This document shows, piece after piece, positions 13,633 through 25,526 of a stretch of DNA of 64,000 nt. The stretch lies in contig OX597814.1 in NCBI GenBank assembly GCA_951406725.2, forward strand, positions 134,168,001-134,232,000, read 5' to 3'. Made by a program: the position numbers and the translations under genes. Within the stretch, counting starts at the first letter, position 1. The number at the start of each line of letters is the position of its first letter. The notes under the pieces are model-generated. The model saw only the letters and a program-made list of their open reading frames with translations. It was not told the DNA's origin and did not search any database. The stretch comes from Octopus vulgaris. Lineage: Eukaryota.

Positions 13633-14269
13633 GTGTGTGTATGTGTGTGTACATGTATATATGTATGTGTGTGTATGTATATATATATGTGTATGTATGC
13701 AACGGTGTACGTATAGATTCAAATATGTGTATACATCTACTTGTATGCGTACGAGTGTGTGCAGTCATCGGTGGCTGCTGCTTGATGAACCGACAACCCA
13801 GCGTGCTATAGATAAAGCACACGCCACACAGCCTTTCACGTGACAACTACCCTAACTTTAAAATAACTGTGATGACAGACTTTTAATATATTTATCTTCC
13901 GATCATAAATTATAGAAATTACAACCGACATAGACCAGGATGAGTGTGGGTACCTACGTCTCTGTGTGTGTGGGGGGGTATGTATGAGTGGATGTGCATG
14001 TGCGTGAATGTGTGCGTATGTTCCTATACGCATCCCAACCCGTGTTAGCAAGTGTAGTTACCTTGCCTCGCTTCAAACTTAATGCAATCTAATCCTTCCT
14101 TTACAGGTCTCATCCTATCTATGTCGCTCTCCCGTTTACTTCCCCTTGTAAACTTTTCCTTTTTCTTTCTTTCCTGTCTATAGTTTATGTGTTTGTATTT
14201 ACAATTATTTGCTATTATTTGTTATGAATATTTAATATAAGGACAATTGTAGCAATGCTTCATCTCTAA

Positions 14270-16348
14270 CTGAAGCAGAAGCAATCCAAAAAGCAGGAAT
14301 CCCCGGAATCCCTGGGTGCATAGAACACGCATTTTCCATCTGGGAAGCCATCACCTGTGCAAAACAAATGAAGAAAAACCTGTATATTGTTTGGCTAGAT
14401 TTTGCCAATGCTTATGGATCTGTTCCGCACGCAATAATAAAAACAGCGATGGACTTCTTTTGGATTCCAAAAGATGTTCAACGAATGCTCATGTCGTACT
14501 ACGACAACCTGAGGATGAGATTTACAGCAGAAAAGTTCACAACGGAGTGGCAACGGCTTGAAATTGGTATTGCAGCCGGATGCACGATATCAGTCATCTT
14601 ATTCGTGCTAGTCATAGAAATGCTACTCAGATCTACAAACTGTGAGAAAGCTGTTACGAAGACACCATTTTATAGACGACGTAACTATATTATCGGAAAG
14701 TAGAGAAGCAGCAGAGGGAACGTTAGAGCGGTTGGACGAACTGATAGGATGGGCAATGATGAAATTCAAAGCCAAAAAATCTCGAAGCGTGGCTTTCGTG
14801 AAAGGAAGGCAAGAAGAAGTGAAATTCAGGATAGGAAGTGAAGACATACCAACGGTGAAAGAACAACCAGTAAAGAGTCTCGGCAGATGGTATAGAGATT
14901 TATTAAATGATAAGAAGCAATGGAAAGAAACACACGAGCTAGTAGAACAAGGATTAAAGGCAATTGACAGAACAACGCTGCCGGGAAAATTCAAATGTTG
15001 GATACTGCAATTTGGGCTGTACCCAAGAATAATGTGGCCATTGCAAATGTACGAAATAGCCTCGAGCAGAGTAGAAAGGATGGAGCAAAGATGCAGTGTG
15101 TTTATCAGAAAATGGCTTGGTCTGCCGAAACCACTGAATACAACTGCACTATATGGAAAACCCGTGCTGCATCTACCAATAACATCAATCGCCGAAGAAT
15201 ATAAGGCAGGAAAGGCAAGGACAGTAATGATGCTAAGGTATTCAAAAGATCAGAGCATCCGGGAAAACCCTCCAAAGGTACGAACAGGGAGGAAATGGAA
15301 GGCGGAAGAGGCAGTAAACAGGGCGATCGGAAAACTAAGGCACGCAGATATAGTCGGAGCTAGAACCAGCCTAGGGTCGCAAAATTTTCAGGCCATTTTG
15401 CAAGAACAGTGTAAAAGAGATGAAAGAGGCAGTGGTATACGAAGTGAGAAAGCAGGAAGAAGAAAGGCAAAATGTACATTTGGTGCAATGCAGTCAACGG
15501 GGACAGTGCCTGAGATGGGAGGAATATGTGATCAACCGCAGAATATCATGGAAGGAACTTTGGGCTTGGGAACAAGCAAGAACATCCTTCCTGATCAAGT
15601 CTACCTTCGACGTTCTACCCTCACCGGCGAACTTAGTTCGGTGGAACATAAAAACAACTGATGAGTGTAGATGCGGAGAGAAAGCGACGGTTAGACATGT
15701 TCTGTCAGGTTGCAGACTAGCACTTGAAAGATATATATGGCGGCATAATCAAGTCCTAGGCGTCATAAGTGCAGCACTCAAGGAGAAGATCGGGAGGTAC
15801 AATAGGGGAGAGTACCCAAAAGTAGAAAAGCGTAGGAATGTATACTTCCACAAGGAGGGAAAAGGTTATAAAACCAGGCCTATAAGTAAAGTATACGAGA
15901 TAGACGAAAGATGGAAGGGATACTGGGAGGTGGCCACGGATTGGAAAGACAAGTAATATTTCCACTAATAAAAACAACAAAATGACCGGATTTAGTTCTC
16001 TGGAACAGAGACCGGAGAATGGGGATTTTACTAGAACTGCCAGTACCTTGGGAAGAGGACAGCGGCAATGCAGAGGTACGAAAGGAGAAGAGGTATGAAA
16101 AGCTAATCGAAGAATACAGAGAACAGGGATGGAATGTCGAATATTATCACCTGGCAGTGGGGGCTAGAGGCTTCATTGAAAGGAAAATGACAACGCTTTT
16201 CAAAAGAAGATTTGTTTTTTCTTGCCCCGAGCTGCATAAACTAATAAGGAGAGTACAGGAGGCGGTCGAAAAAGCCAGCTTCTATATATGGCTGAAGCGG
16301 GAAGACCGAAAATGGCTTGAAAGTCATAAACATCCCGACGGGAATTAA
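14270..16348 (+). pseudogene. RT / zinc knuckle / restriction-like endonuclease polyprotein, disrupted
   Basis: ORF pieces 14368..14703, 14642..15661, 15420..15956, 16019..16348 are joined by frameshifts; TGA at 15983-15985 replaces R of RPD. Confidence 0.88.
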
Positions 16349-16830
16349 TATAATTAGGTGAGACAAGCTGACTGAATCAGCTTCGCTGACAGACAGGTGA
16401 CGGTCGTTTACAAAAAGCGCGGGCTAAAACTACGCGCCTTCAATAGTCAGTTAAGGTGAGTCAGTGTCACGTGACAACTTGCTGGGGCTGTCTGCTGGAG
16501 CCTATGCGGCAGGTATTTAAAGGGAAAAGTTTGACAAGTCAGTCAGTCACCGGTTGACACTCGCTGACGATACATCGAAGAGGCCAGGGAACAGAAGGAA
16601 GAAGAAGAAAGAAGACATGCACTCAACACCAGAGCTGAAGACACCTCCGAAAGGGGGGGCGCCACGTCAAAACGGTAGAGGAGTCGGAGCTGAAACCGGA
16701 CGTGGTTCCTCATGATGATGTCTTGAGCTAACTGGATCCTATAATGGAACTGTTGTGGTAGCAGACCACGAAACACGGTTGTAATTCCTCCATGACCGTC
16801 CAAACTCAACACTTTTAGTGAGACACCACT
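14270..16830 (+). mobile_element. HERO-like RLE non-LTR retrotransposon, 5'-truncated, with putative 3' UTR
   Basis: QKAGIPGIPGCIEH, WLDFANAYGSVPH, GIAAGCTISVILF, FIDDVT, CCHC-like C.CGEKATVRHVLSGC, WRHNQVL, PDLVLW, ELPVPWEE; 3' boundary approximate. Confidence 0.88.
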
Positions 16831-17099
16831 CTATGTATGAATGTACTTGATGTAACCCATGCTTCAAAATTGATGCAACACAATATGATGCACAACATCC
16901 CACCCATAAGGGACAGTCGAAGGATGGTTCGAAACGATTGTTGGACACAATAAAAATTAATAGCAAATCTATCTTCTGTTTCCTTAATCAATTATTATCT
17001 TAACAAACACTGCAGAATTCCTGAAATAGATCCCAAACTGTGCTAGTGCTTCACTCAACACAATAGCACACTAATTGATATATAGCAATTAGTCCCAAA

Positions 17100-17157
<58 letters not shown>

Positions 17158-17429
17158 TGCTGTCTTGTTCTCACTGCCCAGTTCTTGTTACCACTTCACC
17201 CTCCGCAAAAAGTCCCAAATTTTATTTAATTTGCTTTGCGGGAAGGACTGTGTCAACGAAGTCGCGTAAGAATTGTCCTTACCTTCAAACGCGGAGTAGA
17301 TGAAACGGGGACAAGTGATGAAGGGGAATATTCTTTATGCTGCATGTCTCGTTTCTCTGTTTGTTTTTTTTTTTTCGTTGTTCGAAAATAAGTTCGTTTT
17401 CTATGTTTTCGTTTCTCATTGTGGTTAAC

Positions 17430-18362
17430 GTTTTTTATCAGTTAGTCAGCATGCTATAAAAAGTTTTGGTAATTTATACATTAAATTAATAATTATATAA
17501 GTGTATAATTATATTAAGGGACCAAGGGCGAAAACGACCTGTCTCCAACATACTTGAAATGCCGAGGCACTCAAATACTACCAAAAACTCCAGTGAAAAA
17601 TATTAAAAAGACATCACGTTAATTGTGAATCGAGTCCAATTTCTGGATTAAAGTCATATAAACAGGCTTTTTTTAAATATTTTTTCACTAGTTCGATTTC
17701 AATATTATTTATATATAACCTGGAGTATTGGGCAGTATTTGAGTGCCTCGGCATTTCAAGCGTGTTGGAGACAAGTCGTTTTCGCCCTTGCTCCCTTAAT
17801 ATAATTATACACTTATATAATTATTGATTTAATGTATAAATTACCATTAGATTTTTATAGCATGCTGACTAACTGATAAAAATCATTAACGTGATTTTAT
17901 CCTTATATTCTATTATGAATTAATAAATAAAATAAAATAATTTGATTATTTTTATTCCTGATCGGAATAGCATTTCCTGCGGGGCTATTTTGATAATATA
18001 CACGTGTTTGTCGTGAAAAGATTTAAATTTGATTTATCCTGGATCTATACATGCAAATATTTGTATGTAGACGAGTGAATCTACTTTGTACGGTATATAT
18101 AATTATTTGTATTTATATTTCCCGCTTATCGTGTTGACGAAGGAAAAAAAGGCTGCTTTTATGGCTTTAATCCAGAATTTGGACCCAATTCATAATTAAC
18201 GTGAAGTCTTTTTAATATTTTTTCATTAGCCCGATTTAAATCCAGTGTGTGTATATAATCTTGAGATTTTGGTAGTATTTGAGTGCCTCGGCATGTCATG
18301 TAGGATATAGGTCGTTTTGCCCTTGCTCCCTTAATATAATTATATACTTCTATAATTATTAA
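17430..18362. repeat. Inverted plus tandem (~540 bp period) repeat, resembling PLE pseudo-LTR architecture
   Basis: 17430-17668 is the reverse complement of blocks in 17720-17885 and 18150-18360; ATTTGAGTGCCTCGGCAT at ~17737 and ~18277. Confidence 0.85.
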
Positions 18363-19767
18363 TATATATATATATAAATATATGTAAAGGTGTGCTCCAA
18401 AGATCCGAATGTAGGAAGTTAATAAGTTTCGAGCAGTCCGTAGAAGGTATAAAAGGCAACTTTCAGAAACAATACTAGTTTACTGACGTTGAAGGTTGTA
18501 AATTTTTCCTATATCGAAGTTCGATAAACTGAAGAAAGTGACTTTATAGTTCACGGTTAGCAAAGGGGTTGCTGTGTATGCGAATAAAAATCCAAATTTA
18601 GGGAATGGAGTAGGTAAAATCCAGGCTCATATGTTTGCTAACTAGCAGAACCTCAGAAGTTGTAATTACTCAACCAGGAGTACTCCGCTAGCTACTCATC
18701 AGGCCAAAGATACCTTAGTCAAATGAAGGTTATGTTGTCGTCAAGGGATCTCATGTTAACTCGCAAGAGATTTTATCGAAAATACGTGGAAAGCGCATTT
18801 TCGGTGCTTTGGTATTCGTGTACTATTTTTTCCACCTTATTTTGCACTTATGTGCTCACCAGAGTGTGTGTTTGTGTGTGTATATATGCACATAGAGAGA
18901 GAGATTCATACATACATAAATACACGCTTGCTTGAGTGTGTGTGAACGTGCGAGCGCGCGATTACATACATATATATGCTAGTGGCCAAAATTCTAAACA
19001 CTTTCTTACACAGTTGCTTGTTGCTTTATACTTCTTTCCAGTTCATAATTATTTTTATAGTCACCTTTGTTGTTCTATAACCTATGTTGCTTTCAAACTG
19101 ATATTATATTTTCTTCAAACTTTGAGAGTTAAATATACTAAAATCCTTGCATTTAAGCTTAAATAAGAAGAGTTTTTTTTTTAAAACAATGGCTGGGAAC
19201 ATGACAATCTATATTAGTATTGATTATGATAACCTCTTGATCTGATTAGATTACTGCTTTAAATCGTTTCAGTATGGAACTGGCAACTCCTCAAGATTAA
19301 TGATTCTAAACTAGGCATTGATAGCCTTTCAATTAGTTAATTTTGTTTTTCCGTATGGGAACCGATAGTTGTCTTTTGTATTCTAAACATTGATTTTCTA
19401 TCGTATTAAGTTCGGACTTGTTTTCAAATCATTATATAAGATTTACTTTATAATCGTTCAACCATTTCACATGGATTTTGTCATATAACATGGGATATCA
19501 TCTTACTGAAAAATCACTTCATCTGAATTATGTGGAAGTATATCATTTACTGAGAGGAGTACTTTTGTTTCCGAAATAGCCTCTTGTACATTTTAGCATT
19601 TAAAATCTGATTTATAATTTCAATACATCAATGTGTTTTCTGGACATTTAACATCACAATTCTACACTGACATGATGCTTCATTGTTGTTGTATTAAACT
19701 CAGGTATCAAATTTTCATTTAGCTTTGCACATCACGGATTTCAGTCTATATATATACTCGTATATAG

Positions 19768-20062
19768 AGCACTCCGTCGGTTGCGACGACGAGGGTCCCG
19801 GCTGATACGATCAGCGAAACAGCCTGCTCGTGAAATTAACGTGCAAGTGACTGAGCAATCCACAGACACGCGTACCTCCAACGTAGTTCTCAGGGAGATT
19901 CAGCGTGACACAGAGCGTGACAAGGCTGACCCTTTGAAATACAGGTACGACTCATTTTTGCCAGCTGAGTGGACTGGTGCAACGTGAAATAAAGTGTCTT
20001 GCTCAAGGACACAACGCGTCGCCGGGAATCGAATGCCCTAACCACTAAGCCACGCGCCTTCA
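19768..20062 (-). mobile_element. SINE family D
   Basis: Minus-strand head GGCGCGTGGCTTAGTGGTTAG...TTCGATTCCC, then GTGTCCTTGAGCAAGACACTTTATTTCACGTTG. Confidence 0.8.
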
Positions 20063-20194
20063 CTCGTATATACTCATCTACTTGTATATATTCATATACA
20101 AATGTATGTTTTATGAAAAACACGACTGCTGCAGTGTTTTTATCTTTTACATTAGAAATTTTTCGTATTTCTGTATAAGTTTTCTGCTGTTTGT

Positions 20195-20530
20195 GAAGGC
20201 GCATGGCTCAATGGTTAGAGCGTCGAGCTTGCGATCGTGAGGTTGTGAGTTCGATTCCAGGACCGAGCTGCGTGTTGTGTTCTTGAGCAAGACACTTTAT
20301 TTCGCGTTGCTCCAGTTAACTCAGCTGTAGAAATGAGTTGCGACATCACTGGTGCCAAACTGTATCGGCCTTTGCCTTTCCCTTGGATAATATCAGTGGT
20401 GTGGAGAGGAGGGGAGGCTGGTAAGCATGGGCGACTGCTGGCTTTCCATAAACAACTTTGTCCGTACTTGTGCCTCGGAGGGTAACTTTCTAGGTGCGAT
20501 CCCATGGTCATTCATGACCGAAGGGGGTCT
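20195..20530 (+). mobile_element. tRNA-derived SINE family C
   Basis: TGGCTCAATGGTTAG A box, AGTTCGATTCC B box; shares its central block with family D; second copy at 21495. Confidence 0.82.
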
Positions 20531-20950
20531 CCTCTTTCTGCTGTTTGGAAGAATAAAATTTACTGATCGTTACTATTATGCAAAAGTCTCGGAAGTCCAA
20601 ATCGTAGCTTTTTCAGAATGCGAAAAATTAGCTTCACCATTCCATTTCTTTTTACATTAGCAACAGTTTCACCTTAACAATGATAATTTATTGGGTGCAT
20701 AAAATCGTAACTCCGTGCGTGTATGATATTTTCAGTCATAAATATTTTTGCAAAACTGTTGTATGTGGGACTTTTGAAAAATGCTAAACCGTTGTACTAC
20801 ATTTTGACAACTTTCATATCTTGGCATCTAAAGCTACTGGAGATACGATAGTTTGACCAAAAGGACCGGGTATTGCAAGCAAAATTAAATGTTGAAAAAA
20901 AAAACACATTTGGCCAAATTTGGACATACGACAGTGAAACATAATAGCAA

Positions 20951-21008
<58 letters not shown>

Positions 21009-21371
21009 GCATATATGTGTCTGCATGTATGATTTGTTTGAGTGTTGGTATGTGTATTGTATGTGCTATGAAATTTCATTTCCAGGTGCACTTTTAAAGA
21101 ATCTATTTATCATATCTTTAGCTAAAATAAATAAAATCATGTTGACAAGTTTGAAGTAAACTAAATGATAAAGTATAATTTACCTCAATGGTTAAATGAA
21201 ATAAGTGAGAAAACAAAATTTGCGAATGATAACATATACGAAAAGAAAGCTATATAAAGTGTCAGTATATACTGAATGTGGGTAAATGGCGTTTCTTTAT
21301 AAACAACAACAATCTTCGGAATTTGTTTTCGAGAATTACTCTATGACTTTGATTTACAGCTATTACTAGAG

Positions 21372-21458
<87 letters not shown>

Positions 21459-21494
21459 TGGAGAAAGCGATAGAGAGACGTGTGCTTGTGTGCG

Positions 21495-21825
21495 CTCGGT
21501 CCATGGCTCAGTGGTTAGAGCGTCAGGATCACAATCATGACTTAATGGGTTCGATTCCAGGACCGAGCTATGTATTGTGTTCTTGAGCAAGACACTTTAT
21601 TTCACGTTGCTCCAGTTCACTCAGCTGTGAAAATGAGTTACAACGTCACTAGTGTCAAATTACATCGGTCTTTGCTTTTCCCTTAGATAACATCGGTGGC
21701 GTGGAGAGGGAAGGCGACTGCTGGGCTTCCATAACCAGCCTTGCCTGGACTTGTGCATCGGAAGGGAACTTTTAGCTACAATCCCCAATCCCATGGTCAT
21801 TCATGACCGAAGGGGGTCTTTACTC
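21495..21825 (+). mobile_element. SINE family C
   Basis: Colinear with 20195-20530, ending TTCATGACCGAAGGGGGTCT. Confidence 0.82.
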
Positions 21826-21899
21826 TTGTCGATGTGTGTGTAACAAAAGCACCATAAACTATAAAATCACTGAGCAAGTGTAATTTTTATCGGAACTTG

Positions 21900-23760
21900 A
21901 AACTTAATGGATGCCAACATCTAAACAATGAGACTATAAAGTACAAAAGGCACTCAACGAACAGTATATAAAAAGTAAACAAACACAACAAACGTATACA
22001 CGCCATCTTCAGTTGCCTAAAGGATATCATTATGGTTTCGACATCTGGACAGTACTATTCAATCCGACGGTGTCAAGGGCATCAAAAATATAAACGCTGC
22101 TTGGGAATAGTAGACAGGGGGTCGAGCATGGACTCACGGTGTTCCTTAAGTCGACATCGCCCTTTGATGTTTGCATTTGTGTTTTGTAACTATAGTTACA
22201 AAACACAAATACAAACACCAAATCTTCAACATACATCGTCATATAACTGCAGCTACCAAATATTGAAATTAAATAACAAAGTATAATAAATAAAGAAAAT
22301 AAATCAAAACAGAACATTTCTACCAAAAGAACAACAATACATAAAAATATATAGCATAAACCTAAACTAAACGAAGCAAGCAGAAGTTATTAATTCAATA
22401 AATCGAAATAATTAAGTTACAAGCACATAAACCAATAAAATATAGAAAAATAATATCCAAAGAAACAATCTATCCAAGTTTTACAAAGTAACAAGCACAA
22501 GCAGAAACAAGGGAATGCATCTTCCTAAAATTAGTTAAAGAGCGTAAATTCAAACACATTTCCATGTTTAAAACAAAATATAACAAACAGTAATATGAAT
22601 AATTTATAAAATTATATGAAAACCAACATAACCATCTAACAAACCATAAAGCATGATAAAAAATATATAAAACGAAGCGCCTGAGCGAAAAATATTCTCC
22701 GAATAAACGGCAAAGCATCCATGTGTTACCAGGAAAACTAAAACTTACCTTCTAACTCCCATCGCTATCCAACAACGAAAAATTGTGAGCGAAAGTCCAG
22801 AAACTGTTCCCTAAAGGAAAGGACGTCGTACACAATAATACATGACGACAGATGCAAAACAACATGCCAAATAAAATTAATCATTGCGAAACTTTATGCT
22901 AAACTGGAAACTCGAAACTGCCCCAAGTTATTTTTTTCTAAATTTCATTATGACTCCTCAGGCAACAATGAAAACTTTTTACTACTTCCAAGGTAACCTT
23001 GTTATTCCATATGCTACGTCAACTCCTTAACTCTAAAAATACATCAACTTTATTTATAATCTTACTGAATCTAATAACTTGACTAGAGAACACATTATAC
23101 CCGACTCTTAACGGAATTCTACAAAATGCCCTGGACAAGGATGCAATAGAAATATGAAACCTATCAGTTTCATTATAAACGCTAGTTATAACATTATTAC
23201 CTATACAAACTACCTTAACAGCTAAATCATTTACCTTATTCACCACCTTTCCATTTCTATTAGCTACGAGATATGGAAATATTTTCAAAACGATTTTTAA
23301 AAAAATATCATCAATATATCTGCAGCAACTACCAAGCTGTTTGACTAAGCCAATATTCTATTGGCATAATTCATTCAGAAACTAAAACTCGTACGAAGAC
23401 AAATATACGTCAGCTAGCACAAAGCCAAAATTACTACTTATCCGAAGACATTTGACTTGTTTAAATATCCTATCAGCAACATTAATAATAAAACTAACCA
23501 TCTGATTTGGCCTACACTTAGCTAAACAAATGAATTCATTATACCTACCCTTAGAAATATATTTATGACACTCATCAACCACTATATCAAGTATTCTAAA
23601 TATATAATTTTCCACCATTTTCAAATCTAGATTCTTATACAGTGTAGAGAAATCATTCAGATGCATAGCTCGAACTATATTAACCTTTTGGAGCTTATCT
23701 AAAAACTTGTTACTGGACCTAACACTCTAGAATAAATTAACATCTAAGTTATATAAACTC
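21900..23760 (-). mobile_element. Decayed Penelope-like element (RT remnant plus 3' non-coding region)
   Basis: Minus strand DFSTLYKNL, IFKQVKCLRISSNFGFVLADVYL, CRYIDDI (near 23305-23330), VYNETDRF, YNVFSSQVIRFSKI; boundaries approximate. Confidence 0.75.
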
Positions 23761-24172
23761 CTTTGTATTACTGAGCGATATGCATTTCTGCGTCGTTGTG
23801 CTTAATGAGCAGCAAACACAAATCCTACATTCATAACCCTCTAAGAACTGTCACCCTTATATTTAAACAACAAAAACGTAATAAATTTTCTGTATACGAA
23901 GTTTGTCAAGGTGGAATGGACTAATTAGAAGCACACTAAAATAGCGATGATTAAAATAGCTGTATATGTAACTATATTGAACATACTTGTGTACATTCAA
24001 ACGTGAAAAAAATCTTAGCTGGATGCGATGACATCATTCATAATGCACTAATGTGTTTTTTTTCACACACAATGCCTATAAGGCAAATTTCTCTAACGAG
24101 ACGGAATCCGTAGCGAGGGTCTTCCCAATTCTGTGTACATGTTAAATAATTTTGTACACACATTTTAATAAC

Positions 24173-24248
24173 AGACAGACAGACAGACAGACATAGATAC
24201 ATACATACATACATACATACATACATACAGACAGACAGACAGACAGAA

Positions 24249-24285
<37 letters not shown>

Positions 24286-24296
24286 GTCAGTCAGTC

Positions 24297-24385
<89 letters not shown>
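24173..24385. repeat. Compound tetranucleotide microsatellite (GACA/TACA/GATA)
   Basis: Read directly from the sequence. Confidence 0.97.
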
Positions 24386-24386
<1 letters not shown>

Positions 24387-25042
24387 ACAGACAAACCAGT
24401 CTACTCAGGGACAGAAAATGAATATTCTTTTTCTAATGAAGAGTAACATTAGAAACGAGCAGATCGATCCCACTTTCTTATGACCACAGAGGGATGAAAC
24501 TATGATTACTTTTCATAACGAGACTAAAATAGTATGTTTTTGTAGTAAAACGTTATATGTCTAACACAATATTGCTATACTTTAATCGATATTTAGTATA
24601 AATATTAATTATTCATTCACGAAAATTTATTATAATAGAAAATATTTCATTAGACTATACAATAAAACCCTATGATAATAACAATAGGATTAAAATATAT
24701 AAAACTGTCTGGTGAATAAGATACACCACTAAGACAAATCTTCTTTGCCAATATTGTTTTTACAAACATCTTCTATGATAAAACAAATGTTGTTATTCGA
24801 TATGATATTCAATGAAATTACTCGGTGCATTTTTTTCTCCTTTTTTTTGTTTCGTTTTATTTCATTATATATATATATATATATTATATTATATATATAT
24901 ATATATATATTATATTAAATTAGAGATAAAACCACTATTAGGCAAATCATACAATGAAAAACTCAAGCCAATACATAAGATTAATTAATTTATATTATTT
25001 TAAATATATATCAAAATTATTAAAAAAAGATAATTAGTATAA

Positions 25043-25105
25043 CACTACGATCGTTTCATGGCTGTCCAATTCTTAAAATTTCGGGTTACAGTCATTCTTC
25101 AGGTG
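25043..25105 (-). ncRNA. Type I hammerhead ribozyme (mirror copy)
   Basis: Reverse complement of 25180-25242. Confidence 0.8.
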
Positions 25106-25179
25106 ATTTAAATATTTAACTTAGCGAGGTTTAATCAATGAGTTCATTGATTAAACCTCGCTAAGGTAAATATTTAAAT

Positions 25180-25242
25180 CACCTGAAGAATGACTGTAAC
25201 CCGAAATTTTAAGAATTGGACAGCCATGAAACGATCGTAGTG
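25180..25242 (+). ncRNA. Type I hammerhead ribozyme
   Basis: CAC-CTGAAGA-ATGACTGT...ACAGCCAT-GAA-ACGATCGT-A-GTG; intact core, palindromic stem III, GUA cleavage triplet. Confidence 0.8.
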
Positions 25243-25459
25243 TTATACTAATTATCTTTTTTTAATAATTTTGATATATATTTAAAATAATATAAATTAA
25301 TTAATCTTATGTATTGGCTTGAGTTTTTCATTGTATGATTTGCCTAATAGTGGTTTTATCTCTAATTTAATATAATATAATATTTTACTATAAAATTGGA
25401 TTCAATCCTAAATCTGATTTTTCCCTGTAAGTTTGGATTTATTCCCTAATATTTTATTT

Positions 25460-25526
<67 letters not shown>

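Larger units (their letters stand above)
24906..25460. mobile_element. ORF-less fold-back element: 236-bp arms, 2-nt spacer, ~80-nt unpaired tail, hammerhead in each arm
   Basis: 24906-25141 is the reverse complement of 25144-25379 with one mismatch seen; flanked by (TA)n on both sides. Confidence 0.9.

Noticed and set aside
15658-16660. CTGANGA words at ~15658, 16565 and 16635 in the HERO-like element
   Set aside because: No compatible stems I-III; the first lies in coding sequence.
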